DNA of 64,000 bases from Acholeplasmataceae bacterium. Its GTDB lineage: Bacteria; Bacillota_I; Bacilli_A; Acholeplasmatales; Acholeplasmataceae. The stretch lies in contig OY763415.1 in assembly GCA_963667565.1 (NCBI GenBank), positions 1,216,001 to 1,280,000 on the forward strand, written 5' to 3'. The notes below the pieces were generated by a model. It saw only the letters and a program-made list of their open reading frames with translations. It was not told the DNA's origin and searched no databases. Position numbers and translations under genes: made by a program. Of this stretch, positions 29,920-39,637 are shown piece by piece (the first letter of the stretch is position 1; every line of letters begins with the position of its first letter).

Positions 29920-30507
29920 ATGGGTGAAAAAAACTGGAAAGTAGATGACTTAATTGATAACACATTAAAGTTTAAAGATGAAGTTATCGCACTAAGAGAA
30001 CTATTATTAACAACACAACTATTTGAAGATCGCAAATGGGGACAACCCTGTTATACACTTGACGATAAAAATATCGTCATCATTGGTGCATTTAAAAATT
30101 ATGTTACGTTAAGTTTTCATAAAGGCACTTTAATGAAAGACCCCTATAAAGTTTTAGTTAGTCCTGGTGAAAATTCAAGAGCTGTTAAGTTTTATAAATT
30201 CACTACCGTAGAAGAAATCAAGCAAGCAAAACCAATCATTTTAGAATATATTAATGAAGCGATTGAAATCGAGAAAAAAGGATTAAAAATCGAACCAATT
30301 AAACCAAACTCAGAACCCTATCCTGATGAACTTAAAGATATGTTTAAAGAAATGCCGGAATTTGAACAAGCCTTTGAAAGTTTAACACCTGGAAGAAGAC
30401 GTGCTTATCTGATGTTCTTCAACGCTGCGAAACAATCTCAAACTAAAATTAATAGAATTGAAAAATATATGGACCTTATCTTTGAAGGTAAAGGTATGAA
30501 TGATTAA
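29920..30507 (+). CDS. YdeI-family protein (DUF1801 + OmdA domains)
   Basis: KWGQPCY, FHKGTL, AFESLTPGRRRAY, AKQSQTKINRIEK, GKGMND. Confidence 0.85.
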   Translation: MGEKNWKVDDLIDNTLKFKDEVIALRELLLTTQLFEDRKWGQPCYTLDDKNIVIIGAFKNYVTLSFHKGTLMKDPYKVLVSPGENSRAVKFYKFTTVEEIKQAKPIILEYINEAIEIEKKGLKIEPIKPNSEPYPDELKDMFKEMPEFEQAFESLTPGRRRAYLMFFNAAKQSQTKINRIEKYMDLIFEGKGMND

Positions 30508-30512
30508 TAAAT

Positions 30513-30561
30513 AAAAAAATGAGTGCATCCGTCACAAACAAATGGATGCCCTCATTTTTTT
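30513..30561. terminator. Bidirectional terminator
   Basis: AAAAAAATGAGTGCATCC...GGATGCCCTCATTTTTTT. Confidence 0.75.
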
Positions 30562-30563
30562 AT

Positions 30564-31121
30564 CTATTTCTTAAGTTTGTTTATATATCTTTGTCCTGCT
30601 TTAATCGCATCGATATTAATATCTGCCATATGTGCTTTTCTCTTACCTAAAAACTTTATTAATGCTTCTTTAATCGTATCATCATCAAAGAGCTTAGTAA
30701 GTTCTAGATATGCACCTAACATAACCATATTTGCCACTTGTGCTTGACCAAGTTCAATAGCAATATCATTAACTGGAATACCAATACTTTGAACTTTTTC
30801 ATGTTTTTTAACATCACTTATTAATGATGCATTATATAAAATGATACCATTATCCTCAATTTTATCTTCGAATTTAACCAATGATGGTTGGTTGAATACT
30901 ATCAAATGATTAGCTTTATTAAAGACTGGTGAATTAATTTGGTCTTTTGAAACAATCACTTGACAATTTGCAGTACCACCTCTAGTCTCAGGTCCATATG
31001 ATGGGAACCATAGAGCATTTAATGATTTTATAGTTGCTGCATGCGCTAAGACTTGTCCAAACATCATAACACCTTGACCACCAAATCCAGCAACTCTTAT
31101 ATGAATATCATTATGACTCAT
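30564..31121 (-). CDS. 2-oxoacid:ferredoxin oxidoreductase gamma subunit
   Basis: AGFGGQGV, PSYGPETRGGTANC, NMVMLGA. Start moved to ATG 31121. Confidence 0.92.
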   Translation of the reverse strand: MSHNDIHIRVAGFGGQGVMMFGQVLAHAATIKSLNALWFPSYGPETRGGTANCQVIVSKDQINSPVFNKANHLIVFNQPSLVKFEDKIEDNGIILYNASLISDVKKHEKVQSIGIPVNDIAIELGQAQVANMVMLGAYLELTKLFDDDTIKEALIKFLGKRKAHMADINIDAIKAGQRYINKLKK

Positions 31122-31860
31122 CTTGATCACCCTTATCTTTAAACACACCTAATGGATAAACTTTAGACATATCTGTTTCAACCCACTTCATTGCTTCAAA
31201 AGGTGTCATACCCCAATTGACAGGACATGTTGATAAAATCTCAATCATCGTAAAACCTTTTTGTTCTATTTGATATGTGAATGCTTTTTTAATTGCTTTT
31301 TTAGCACGAATGACATGTTTTGGATCAAATAATGCAACTCTTTCTAAATAAGCAACACCTTCTATTTGTGAAAATATTTCTGATATCTTTATAGGATTCC
31401 CATGTGTATGAGCATCTCTACCTAGTTGCGACGTTGTTGTTTTTTGACCAAGAAGTGTTGTTGGTGCCATTTGACCACCTGTCATACCATAAATGGCGTT
31501 GTTGACAAATATCACAGTGATGTTTTCACCGCGATTTGCTGCATGAATCGTCTCAGCAATTCCAATGGATGCTAAGTCACCATCACCTTGATATGTAAAG
31601 ACAACATGATTGGGTAAAACTCTTTTGATTCCGGTTGCTTCTGCACAAGCCCTCCCATGAGGTGCTTGTTGCATATCACAATTGAAAAATTCATATGCAT
31701 ACACAGAACATCCAACACTAGCAACACCAACAGTTTTGCCTAATACACCAAGCTCTTCTAAAACTTCTGCCACCAATTTATGTGATATACCATGTGTACA
31801 TCCTGGGCAATAAGTTAAAGGTTTATCTGTGAGACCCTTTGTTTTTTGATATTTGATCAT
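31111..31860 (-). CDS. 2-oxoacid:ferredoxin oxidoreductase beta (TPP-binding) subunit
   Basis: YCPGCTHG, VGCS, HGRA, YQGDGDL, NNAIYGMTGGQ, STCPVNW. Confidence 0.94.
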   Translation of the reverse strand: MIKYQKTKGLTDKPLTYCPGCTHGISHKLVAEVLEELGVLGKTVGVASVGCSVYAYEFFNCDMQQAPHGRACAEATGIKRVLPNHVVFTYQGDGDLASIGIAETIHAANRGENITVIFVNNAIYGMTGGQMAPTTLLGQKTTTSQLGRDAHTHGNPIKISEIFSQIEGVAYLERVALFDPKHVIRAKKAIKKAFTYQIEQKGFTMIEILSTCPVNWGMTPFEAMKWVETDMSKVYPLGVFKDKGDQDES

Positions 31861-32930
31861 TATTCCACCACCTTATCTTTGAAGTTTAGAATTGCTTCTA
31901 CAACTTCCTCAGGTTCAGGAACCATACCGCCTACACGTCCAAAAAATCCAACTTCAAACCGACCTTTATTAGAAATAAGAACATCATCAAGCATTTGACC
32001 CATACTCATTTCAGCACATAAAATGCCTTTGCAGTTTGAATTGATTTGATCAAAAGCTTTTTTAGGATACGGCCAAATCGTAATAGGTCTTATCATACCT
32101 ACTTTAATACCTTGTTCTTTTAATGTTTCAATCGCTGATCTAGCAATTCTCGCCATTGTACCATAGGCAACGATGACATAATCTGCTTCTTCTAATCCTA
32201 TAGTTTCAACTTTTGTTTCTTCCTTCTTGATTAATTGATATTTTTTAAATAATTTATGATTATGTTTTTCAAGTTCAACTGGATCTAAAAACAATGAATT
32301 AATCACATTTTTAGTTCCACCATGTTGATCAGTTCCATTGCTCGCGTAATCTTTATTTTCTATTTTTCTTTCTTTTACTGGTTTATCTAAGTCTACAGAT
32401 TCCATCATTTGGCCAATGAGACCATCCACTAGAATCATGACTGGATTTCTATACGTATCAGCCACATCAAACGACTCTTTTAAAATATCAATGGTTTCTT
32501 GTATTGTCTCTGGAGCATAGACTATCAATTGATAATCACCATTACCACCACCACGAGTTGCTTGATAGTAATCGGCTTGCGAAGGCTGTATACCGCCAAG
32601 ACCTGGGCCACCTCTCATCACAGATACAATGACACATGGAAGTTCTGCGCCACATAAATAAGAAATACCTTCTTGTTTTAATGCAATACCTGGAGATGAT
32701 GAAGAAGTCATCACTCTAGCACCTGCACCAGCAGCTCCATAAACCATATTGATGGCTGCAACTTCAGATTCAGCTTGTACAAAAACTTTACCTTCGTTTA
32801 TTAAATATTTAGACAAATATTCAGGTACTTCATTTTGAGGCGTGATTGGATATCCAAAAAAAGCATCAACACCGCCTTTAATTGCTGCAAGTGCGATTGC
32901 TTCATTGCCTTTCATTAACACTTTACTCAT
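31860..32930 (-). CDS. 2-oxoacid (probably 2-oxoisovalerate):ferredoxin oxidoreductase alpha subunit, VorB-like
   Basis: MKGNEA, GYPITPQ, QAESEVAAINM, SSSPGIALKQEG, RGGPGLG. Confidence 0.93.
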   Translation of the reverse strand: MSKVLMKGNEAIALAAIKGGVDAFFGYPITPQNEVPEYLSKYLINEGKVFVQAESEVAAINMVYGAAGAGARVMTSSSSPGIALKQEGISYLCGAELPCVIVSVMRGGPGLGGIQPSQADYYQATRGGGNGDYQLIVYAPETIQETIDILKESFDVADTYRNPVMILVDGLIGQMMESVDLDKPVKERKIENKDYASNGTDQHGGTKNVINSLFLDPVELEKHNHKLFKKYQLIKKEETKVETIGLEEADYVIVAYGTMARIARSAIETLKEQGIKVGMIRPITIWPYPKKAFDQINSNCKGILCAEMSMGQMLDDVLISNKGRFEVGFFGRVGGMVPEPEEVVEAILNFKDKVVE

Positions 32931-33148
32931 TTGCTATTCACCTCAACAGTTATGACTGAATCCGGACACATAATCGCACAAAAAGCACAACCAATGCATT
33001 GATCAGGGTCACTTACTTTAATGATATTATAACCAGCTTCATTCAGTGTTTTTTTGTCTTGATATAAAATATCTTTGGGACAATATTGGACACATAAGTT
33101 GCACCCTTTACACTTTTCATAATCAAATGTTACGACACCTTTTGCCAT
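32927..33148 (-). CDS. 2x[4Fe-4S] ferredoxin / delta subunit
   Basis: CKGCNLCVQYCP and CIGCAFCAIMCP. Confidence 0.95.
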   Translation of the reverse strand: MAKGVVTFDYEKCKGCNLCVQYCPKDILYQDKKTLNEAGYNIIKVSDPDQCIGCAFCAIMCPDSVITVEVNSK

Positions 33149-33162
33149 ATCACAACCTCCTT

Positions 33163-33804
33163 CTAGTACCAGTTTTTTGTCAAATAGGTTTTTAATTTTA
33201 ATATATTTCCTAATAATCTTACATCTTTATTATATAAGTTTTCATGAAGTGTTGTAAAGACAACTTCAATGCCTGTCATTTTATAAACTTGCTCAATGAT
33301 TCTTTGTCCTTCTAAAATATCCTCGATGGTTGTGTCTTTAAGTAAATTAGAATTATGAATTAAACCAGTGATTTTGTAACCACTACTACCTTCAATTTTA
33401 TTGATCATTTTTAAAATATTTTCTAATGAATTTGTTTCGGGTCTAAAAATATTGACCACTAAAAAGAAATCCACTTCGCGCATATCAAGATCTTCAAATT
33501 GACGCATTACTTTTGCACCTAAATCATTTCCACCTAAATCATAAAGTGCTTTAGTATTTGGATTTTGTAATGGCAAAAAGATCTTCTTGGATAAATAGGG
33601 AAGATCTGTATAAGTATCATTTTGCAAATCTGAAGAGATGATTTCTACATCATCTAAAATATCTCTTGCTTCTCTTGACCTAAAGTATGGATTGATAATA
33701 TCAAGATCAACTAAGTAATCAAAATGAAATTGTTTTGCTAAATTGAGTGATACTTCTGTTTTGCCTGAACCATAATATCCTGATATAAATACAATACGTT
33801 TCAT
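33163..33804 (-). CDS. P-loop ATP-binding protein (MinD/ParA/CobQ-like) of unknown function
   Basis: GYYGSGKTE Walker A, DLDIINPYFRSRE, DLGG. Confidence 0.75.
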   Translation of the reverse strand: MKRIVFISGYYGSGKTEVSLNLAKQFHFDYLVDLDIINPYFRSREARDILDDVEIISSDLQNDTYTDLPYLSKKIFLPLQNPNTKALYDLGGNDLGAKVMRQFEDLDMREVDFFLVVNIFRPETNSLENILKMINKIEGSSGYKITGLIHNSNLLKDTTIEDILEGQRIIEQVYKMTGIEVVFTTLHENLYNKDVRLLGNILKLKTYLTKNWY

Positions 33805-33807
33805 AGA

Positions 33808-34878
33808 TTATCTTGGAATATAATTTGAATGGAGTTGATTAATTGTTTCTATTCTCTTTTTAGCAAATACTTTAGCAGCTAAATGAGTGGTAATATCTTC
33901 GTTTTTAGCAATTTCGAATATTTCAAGCAATCTATCATATATTTTTTCAATATCTCTTATAGCTCTATCGCGATTATATGTGTCTAATTCATGATAAACA
34001 TTAATTAAACCGCCTGCATTAATTACAAAATCTGGTGCATATACAATATTTCTTTCTTTAATCATTTCTCCATGTTTTTCTTCATCTTCTAAAGCATTGT
34101 TTGCTGATCCTGCAATGACTCTTGCTTTAAATTGAGGAATACTATTATCATTTAAAATTGCACCTAAAGCACATGGAGAGAACACGTCAACATCAAGACT
34201 ATAAATTTTATCTGGCTCTACGAATTCTACATCTTTAAAATTATTATTGATTCTTTCTATATTTTTAGGATTGATTTCTGTATAATAAACTTTTTTCGCA
34301 TGATGTTCTTTCAATAATTTAATAAGATTAAACCCAGTTTGACCTGTACCTTGAACTGCAAAACTAAATTTAGAGACATCATCAGTACCAAATTGATGCA
34401 TAAGAGATGCTCGAATACCATGGAATACACCAAGTGCAGTGAGTGGTGATGGATCACCTGATTTACCTTCTAAGCCAACAACCCAATCTGTTTCCATATG
34501 AACATAGTCCATATCTTTTGTAGATGTGTTTACATCTTCTGCAGTGATATATCGACCATTTAAACTTTGAACATATCGACCTAATGCTCTAAAATATGCT
34601 TCATTTTTAACTTTAGATGCGTCACCAATAAGTACCGTCTTTCCCCCACCAAGATTAAGTCCAGCTGCTGCAGCTTTATAACTCATACCTCTTGCGAGTC
34701 TTAAGCAGTCAAGTGCTGCATCTTCTTCGTTTTCATAATTCCATAATCTAGTCCCACCAAGTGCTGGTCCTAATGTTGTGTTATGGATGCATGTAATCCC
34801 TTTAAGTCCAGTTGTTTTGTCATAAAAGTAAACCATTTGTTCATAGTTGTGTTTCTTCATGTAATCGAACTTGTTCAT
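33808..34878 (-). CDS. Leucine dehydrogenase (Glu/Leu/Phe/Val dehydrogenase family)
   Basis: GPALGGTR, LARGMSYK, GGGKTV, YITAEDV, SGDPSP, PCALG, AGSANN, NAGG. Confidence 0.92.
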   Translation of the reverse strand: MNKFDYMKKHNYEQMVYFYDKTTGLKGITCIHNTTLGPALGGTRLWNYENEEDAALDCLRLARGMSYKAAAAGLNLGGGKTVLIGDASKVKNEAYFRALGRYVQSLNGRYITAEDVNTSTKDMDYVHMETDWVVGLEGKSGDPSPLTALGVFHGIRASLMHQFGTDDVSKFSFAVQGTGQTGFNLIKLLKEHHAKKVYYTEINPKNIERINNNFKDVEFVEPDKIYSLDVDVFSPCALGAILNDNSIPQFKARVIAGSANNALEDEEKHGEMIKERNIVYAPDFVINAGGLINVYHELDTYNRDRAIRDIEKIYDRLLEIFEIAKNEDITTHLAAKVFAKKRIETINQLHSNYIPR

Positions 34879-34908
34879 TGCTTTCCTCCGAAAATATTAA
34901 ATTCATTT

Positions 34909-34936
34909 TGTAAACGTTTTCACTTATATTATAACA
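34909..34936 (-). promoter_or_regulatory. Extended -10 and cre-like (CcpA/LacI) site of the leucine dehydrogenase operon
   Basis: TGTTATAAT on the minus strand (34936-34928); TGTAAACGTTTTCA at 34909-34922 matches TGWAANCGNTNWCA. Confidence 0.6.
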
Positions 34937-35074
34937 GCAATATAGTTAAAAAACAAAATACTATTTTATTTATAAAATAAGCGTTTTAATTATGGTAAAA
35001 TGTGTATCGATTTAATGCATTTTTTTCTGTTTTGTCATATAATTAAATTGATACACCTAGGAGGGACTTATATC

Positions 35075-35845
35075 ATGGCATTTTTAAGGATTGATTTTCC
35101 ATCTTCAATTTTACAAATGGCTGAACATGTAGATGTCATTTTACCTGATGATTTTAATAAACATGATCCAGTTGAAGACGGACAACAAAAATTTAGAACA
35201 CTTTATTTATTACACGGTTATTATGGGAATAGTACTGATTGGATGAGATTATCATCAATTGAAAGATATGCAGGTGATCATCACATCGCAGTTGTTATGC
35301 CTTCAGCTTATAATAGTTATTACACGAATGCACTGCATGGAGAAAGATATTTTGATTTTATCGCAGACGAAATTCCAAGATATTTACAAAAATTACTACC
35401 TCTAGCAAAATCGAAAGAACACAATTTCATTGCAGGATTATCTATGGGTGGTTATGGTGCAATTAAAATTGCACTTCATTATCCGGAAAGATATCAATTA
35501 GCTGCAAGTTTATCAGGTGCATTAGACTTTGAATTTGTTTATCAAAGAGGTATAAAAGATTTAACTAGAACTAGACATTTTCAATCTATCTTTGGTCTAA
35601 TTGAGGATATGGAACATTCAGAACATAATTTATTTTATAGACTTAAAGAAAATAGCAAAGAACTTCCTTATTTATATATTATTTGTGGTACAGAAGATTT
35701 CTTATTTGATTCAAATAACAAATTTGTTGATGAACTTAAAAAACAAAATATCAATCACCTTTATGAAACACACCCTGGGGATCACAACTGGACTTTCTGG
35801 GATACATATATTAAAGATGTATTAAATCTAATCGATAAAAAATAG
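35075..35845 (+). CDS. Esterase (tributyrin esterase / S-formylglutathione hydrolase family)
   Basis: LYLLHG, AGLSMGGYGA, CGTEDFL, GDHNWTFW. Start moved to ATG 35075 behind AGGAGGG. Confidence 0.88.
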   Translation: MAFLRIDFPSSILQMAEHVDVILPDDFNKHDPVEDGQQKFRTLYLLHGYYGNSTDWMRLSSIERYAGDHHIAVVMPSAYNSYYTNALHGERYFDFIADEIPRYLQKLLPLAKSKEHNFIAGLSMGGYGAIKIALHYPERYQLAASLSGALDFEFVYQRGIKDLTRTRHFQSIFGLIEDMEHSEHNLFYRLKENSKELPYLYIICGTEDFLFDSNNKFVDELKKQNINHLYETHPGDHNWTFWDTYIKDVLNLIDKK

Positions 35846-35871
35846 CCCTATGCATGCATAAGGCTTTTTTA

Positions 35872-37476
35872 TTATCTAAATATATGCTGATCAAGTTCTT
35901 TTTCCGGTAAAGGTTTCGAAAAGTAATAACCTTGGAAATAATCACTCTTCAAATCTTTAAGTAGTTGGAGTGCATCTTCAGTCTCGACGCCTTCACTAAT
36001 CACATATAATTCTAATTTATGGGCTAAATCAATCATAAACTGCAAAACAGGAGAACTTTTTTCTTTATCTGAGATTTCTTTTATAAAACTACGATCAATT
36101 TTTAAGTAATCAAGTGGTAATTTTTGTAGGTAAGTAAGTGATGAATATCCTACTCCAAAATCATCTAGAGCAATCTTAAATCCTATTTTTCTTAATTTCA
36201 TCAAAGTTTTAATGGTTTCTTCTAAATTATCAATAATCATAGATTCAGTGACTTCAAAAATGAATTGTTTTGTTTCAACATTCATTTCTTTTACCATGTC
36301 TGTAAGTTTTGGCACAAATGTATGACTAGATAAGATTTTTGCTGATAGATTAATTGATATTTGAATATTTAAACCTTGACTCTTCCATTTTAATTGTTGT
36401 TTAAATGCTTCTTTAATAACAAACCATGTCATCTCTTTAATATGACCAGTCTTCTCAGCAATATAAATAAAGTCAAGTGGTGGAACTAACCCTTTCATAG
36501 GATGATTCCATCTAATTAAAGCTTCAACCATGGTTGCTTTTAAGTTCTTATTAGAAATGATGGGTTGATAATAAACGAGAAACTCTTGATTTTTGACACC
36601 ATAATATAATTGGTTTGCAATTTCAGCTTGATTCTTTTTAACATCAGCAAGCTTTTCAGAATAAAACACAATTTGATTTTTGCCTAATAATTTTGCTTCA
36701 TTAAGCGCAATATCTGCACATTTTAATAATTCATGATAATCTTCACCATCATAGGGATATATCGCAACACCAGCTGAAAGTGATGCATAAAAATCTTCAC
36801 GATCCAAGAAGTATGTTTTTTTAATGTTTTTAGAAATATTATTAATACATTCTATGAGTTCTTGTTTGCTTGCTTTAGATTTAATTAAAACAATGAACTC
36901 ATCTCCGCTAAGTCTACCGATGATGTTATCTTCACCAATGACTCTTTTGAGCTCAATAGCAACTTGTTGTATTAATACATCACCAATATCGTGACCTTTT
37001 GTTTCATTTAACTCTTTAAAATTGTCAATATCGATATCCACAAACGCCAATAATTCATTTTCGTTTTCTTCAATAAAATCAGTAACATCTTCTAATATTT
37101 TAGCTCTTGAGTATACATTAGTTAGATCATCATAATAAGCTTTATCATAAAGTACCTTTTCTAGTTTTTTAAGTGATGTATTTGAGTTTTCAAGTTGAGT
37201 TACAGCATCACCTAAGTCATCGATGGTATCAGCGTATAAATCCATTCTTCTTTTAATAATGAAATAAAACAAAAACGCTGTAAATATAACAAAAAGAATC
37301 CCTTTGATGGTTTGCAAAAACTCATGAAACTCATGGTTTGATGAAAACACATTTAAAATTTCATCAGAAATTAATATCCACGTAACCCCTAAAACAACAT
37401 ATATGGATATAATCTCAATGGTATTTTTCATTGGATTATTATTTTTTTTACCTAATTTTTGATATTTACGTCTCAT
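35872..37476 (-). CDS. Membrane-anchored GGDEF-EAL protein, probable c-di-GMP phosphodiesterase
   Basis: Two TM segments; SGDEF variant; intact EAL motifs VEALIRW, SINLS, FEVTE, DDFGVGYSS, KIDRSF, EGVE, QGY. Confidence 0.9.
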   Translation of the reverse strand: MRRKYQKLGKKNNNPMKNTIEIISIYVVLGVTWILISDEILNVFSSNHEFHEFLQTIKGILFVIFTAFLFYFIIKRRMDLYADTIDDLGDAVTQLENSNTSLKKLEKVLYDKAYYDDLTNVYSRAKILEDVTDFIEENENELLAFVDIDIDNFKELNETKGHDIGDVLIQQVAIELKRVIGEDNIIGRLSGDEFIVLIKSKASKQELIECINNISKNIKKTYFLDREDFYASLSAGVAIYPYDGEDYHELLKCADIALNEAKLLGKNQIVFYSEKLADVKKNQAEIANQLYYGVKNQEFLVYYQPIISNKNLKATMVEALIRWNHPMKGLVPPLDFIYIAEKTGHIKEMTWFVIKEAFKQQLKWKSQGLNIQISINLSAKILSSHTFVPKLTDMVKEMNVETKQFIFEVTESMIIDNLEETIKTLMKLRKIGFKIALDDFGVGYSSLTYLQKLPLDYLKIDRSFIKEISDKEKSSPVLQFMIDLAHKLELYVISEGVETEDALQLLKDLKSDYFQGYYFSKPLPEKELDQHIFR

Positions 37477-37618
37477 TTCATCATACCCTCTATTTATGAT
37501 TCTTATGATATATACTCATCATACCATAAATAAGAGTATGAAAAAACACTAGATACTATATAAAAAAAATACTACATTACTATGTAGTATCATTTCTTAT
37601 TGATAGATTTACTAAAAA

Positions 37619-38512
37619 TTAGCTTACTTTTCTGCTATTAACATGAACCCAACGATATCCTTTTGCTCTTGTGGGTGGTAATCTTTTTTCAGTATATATA
37701 TAATATTCTGTCGATTGATTATTTAGATCAACTTCTAAGTAATATCCTGCATCTCTAAATGAGCCAGGAGTATGTTTAATGAATGATGCGAAATCTATAC
37801 TTTGTAATGAAAGTAATTCTTTTTCCTCATTTGTAATACTCACAAAAAATCCGTCTGGATGAATCAATCTAGGGAGTTCTCCGTTTTCTACTTGAATCAC
37901 TCTGTTTGAAGTTGAATAGTCAGGCTCTAACTCTAAATAATGTCCATTATCAACCGTTTGAAATGCAATAAACTTAGGTCTTTTTTTGATATCTGACAAT
38001 ACTATATCTTGTTGTTCAAATATGACTACATGTCCTTGTTGTAATGATGCATGATTTTTTTCTTCTGTTTTTTCTTCTTGTTTAAAAGTCTTAATAGGTG
38101 CTTCATTAGATTTCTTAATAAAGGTAAATTTTACTAATGTGACATAAATAATAATCACCCAGTATATTGCATAAATCGCAATAAGACTATTAAGTAATGT
38201 AAATAACAAATATGCAATTCTTGATTCATGCCCATATATAAAATCCAAAACTGTCACTAAAACACTTAATAAAAGTACCCAAGCAAAAACACTTAAATTA
38301 GATATTTTCTTATCAATCGATTCGACTATCGATTCATAACCAGAAGATTTACCTTCAAGCATAAAAGTGATAATAGATAATACTATGAACAATACTAAAC
38401 TAACATAAGTAATTATAATGTTGATACTGAAAAAAACAATTGCTGATATCAAGATAACTATATTTAATGATAACAATCCTAAATTTATTTTTTTAACCAT
38501 TTTAGTCTCCAT
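37619..38512 (-). CDS. Hypothetical 4-TM membrane protein with C-terminal YjzC-like repeat(s)
   Basis: Four hydrophobic segments, then PGSFRDAGYYLEV...KRLPPTRAKGYRW. Confidence 0.6.
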   Translation of the reverse strand: METKMVKKINLGLLSLNIVILISAIVFFSINIIITYVSLVLFIVLSIITFMLEGKSSGYESIVESIDKKISNLSVFAWVLLLSVLVTVLDFIYGHESRIAYLLFTLLNSLIAIYAIYWVIIIYVTLVKFTFIKKSNEAPIKTFKQEEKTEEKNHASLQQGHVVIFEQQDIVLSDIKKRPKFIAFQTVDNGHYLELEPDYSTSNRVIQVENGELPRLIHPDGFFVSITNEEKELLSLQSIDFASFIKHTPGSFRDAGYYLEVDLNNQSTEYYIYTEKRLPPTRAKGYRWVHVNSRKVS

Positions 38513-38613
38513 TTTTTATTTCAATTTTCGTAATATATTTTATCACAACCCTTTTAATTAATCTAACAATATACAATAAAGCGACTGAGTTCTTTGACTC
38601 AATCCCTTATTCA

Positions 38614-39480
38614 TTATTTTTTCTTTAGTTTTGCAATGAAAAACCCTTCGTAATATTGATTAGGTGCAATCGTTAAAACCCCTTCGATATTAGATTCTAT
38701 AACTTGTAGGTGCTCATCTTTAATTGGTATGATTGGTACGACATCAACTAAATCTAGATATTTTCTTACAATCTCTTCATTCTCTTCATTTAAGATTGAG
38801 CATGTTGAATATATCATTGTTTGTCCTTTTTTAAGCATCTTAATCGCTTTTGATAATAGTTGATGTTGTACTTTTATAGATTTATCGACAAGTTCTTTTG
38901 TAAATTGCTTATTTTCCCTATTTAAATCTAATGTCCCAGAACCACTACAAGGTGCATCTAATAAAATAGAATCAAATGTAAAATAGTCGTCAAGTTGTCT
39001 AGCATCTTTTTGTATCAAGTAACAGTTGGAAACGCCTTGTTTTTCAATATTATATTTTAGTTTTTGAAAACGGATAGGATTTTGCTCACAAGCAGTAATC
39101 GCAGCTTGATCTTTAGTAAGTGCAGCAATTAATGTTGTTTTACCACCAGGTGCTGCAGCCATATCTAAAATGGTTTCTTTTGCTTTAGGTTCTAAATAAA
39201 GTGCTGGCAACATGGATGAAAGACTTTGTATATAGATACTTCCGTTTTTATATATTTCAAGCTGTCTTATTTTTTCTATATCATCAGTGATAAAACCATT
39301 TTCATACCAATCAATAAACTTAATATTAATGGACTCATTGTTCATAATCTGAATAAATTGATTTTTATCAAGTTTTAATGTATTGATTCTCCCTGATGAG
39401 ATTCGACCCATTTTAGAACCATTTATAATAAGTTGTTTTGATGGGTGATCTTTAATCAACAATTCGAAAGTTTCATTCAT
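38614..39480 (-). CDS. RsmB/RsmF/NOP2-family RNA m5C methyltransferase
   Basis: YIQSLSSM, LDMAAAPGGKT, LLDAPCSGSG, IYSTCS, ENE, EGFFIA. Confidence 0.92.
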   Translation of the reverse strand: MNETFELLIKDHPSKQLIINGSKMGRISSGRINTLKLDKNQFIQIMNNESINIKFIDWYENGFITDDIEKIRQLEIYKNGSIYIQSLSSMLPALYLEPKAKETILDMAAAPGGKTTLIAALTKDQAAITACEQNPIRFQKLKYNIEKQGVSNCYLIQKDARQLDDYFTFDSILLDAPCSGSGTLDLNRENKQFTKELVDKSIKVQHQLLSKAIKMLKKGQTMIYSTCSILNEENEEIVRKYLDLVDVVPIIPIKDEHLQVIESNIEGVLTIAPNQYYEGFFIAKLKKK

Positions 39481-39586
39481 ATGTCATACCTTACCTTAAC
39501 TTATCTACTATTCCTATTTTAACATATCTTATCTCAATCATTTTTTATAGTAATGCAAATATATTGCTATTTCATTAATCATCATA

Positions 39587-39623
39587 TATAATTGTTGTTG
39601 TTACAACTGTTGCATGTGCAACA
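39587..39623 (+). promoter_or_regulatory. -10 box and tandem MarR-type operators
   Basis: TATAAT 39587-39592, then GTTG-N6-CAAC twice (39594-39607, 39609-39622); the second is the perfect palindrome TGTTGCA-TG-TGCAACA. Confidence 0.7.
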
Positions 39624-39637
39624 ATTAGGAGGAATAT

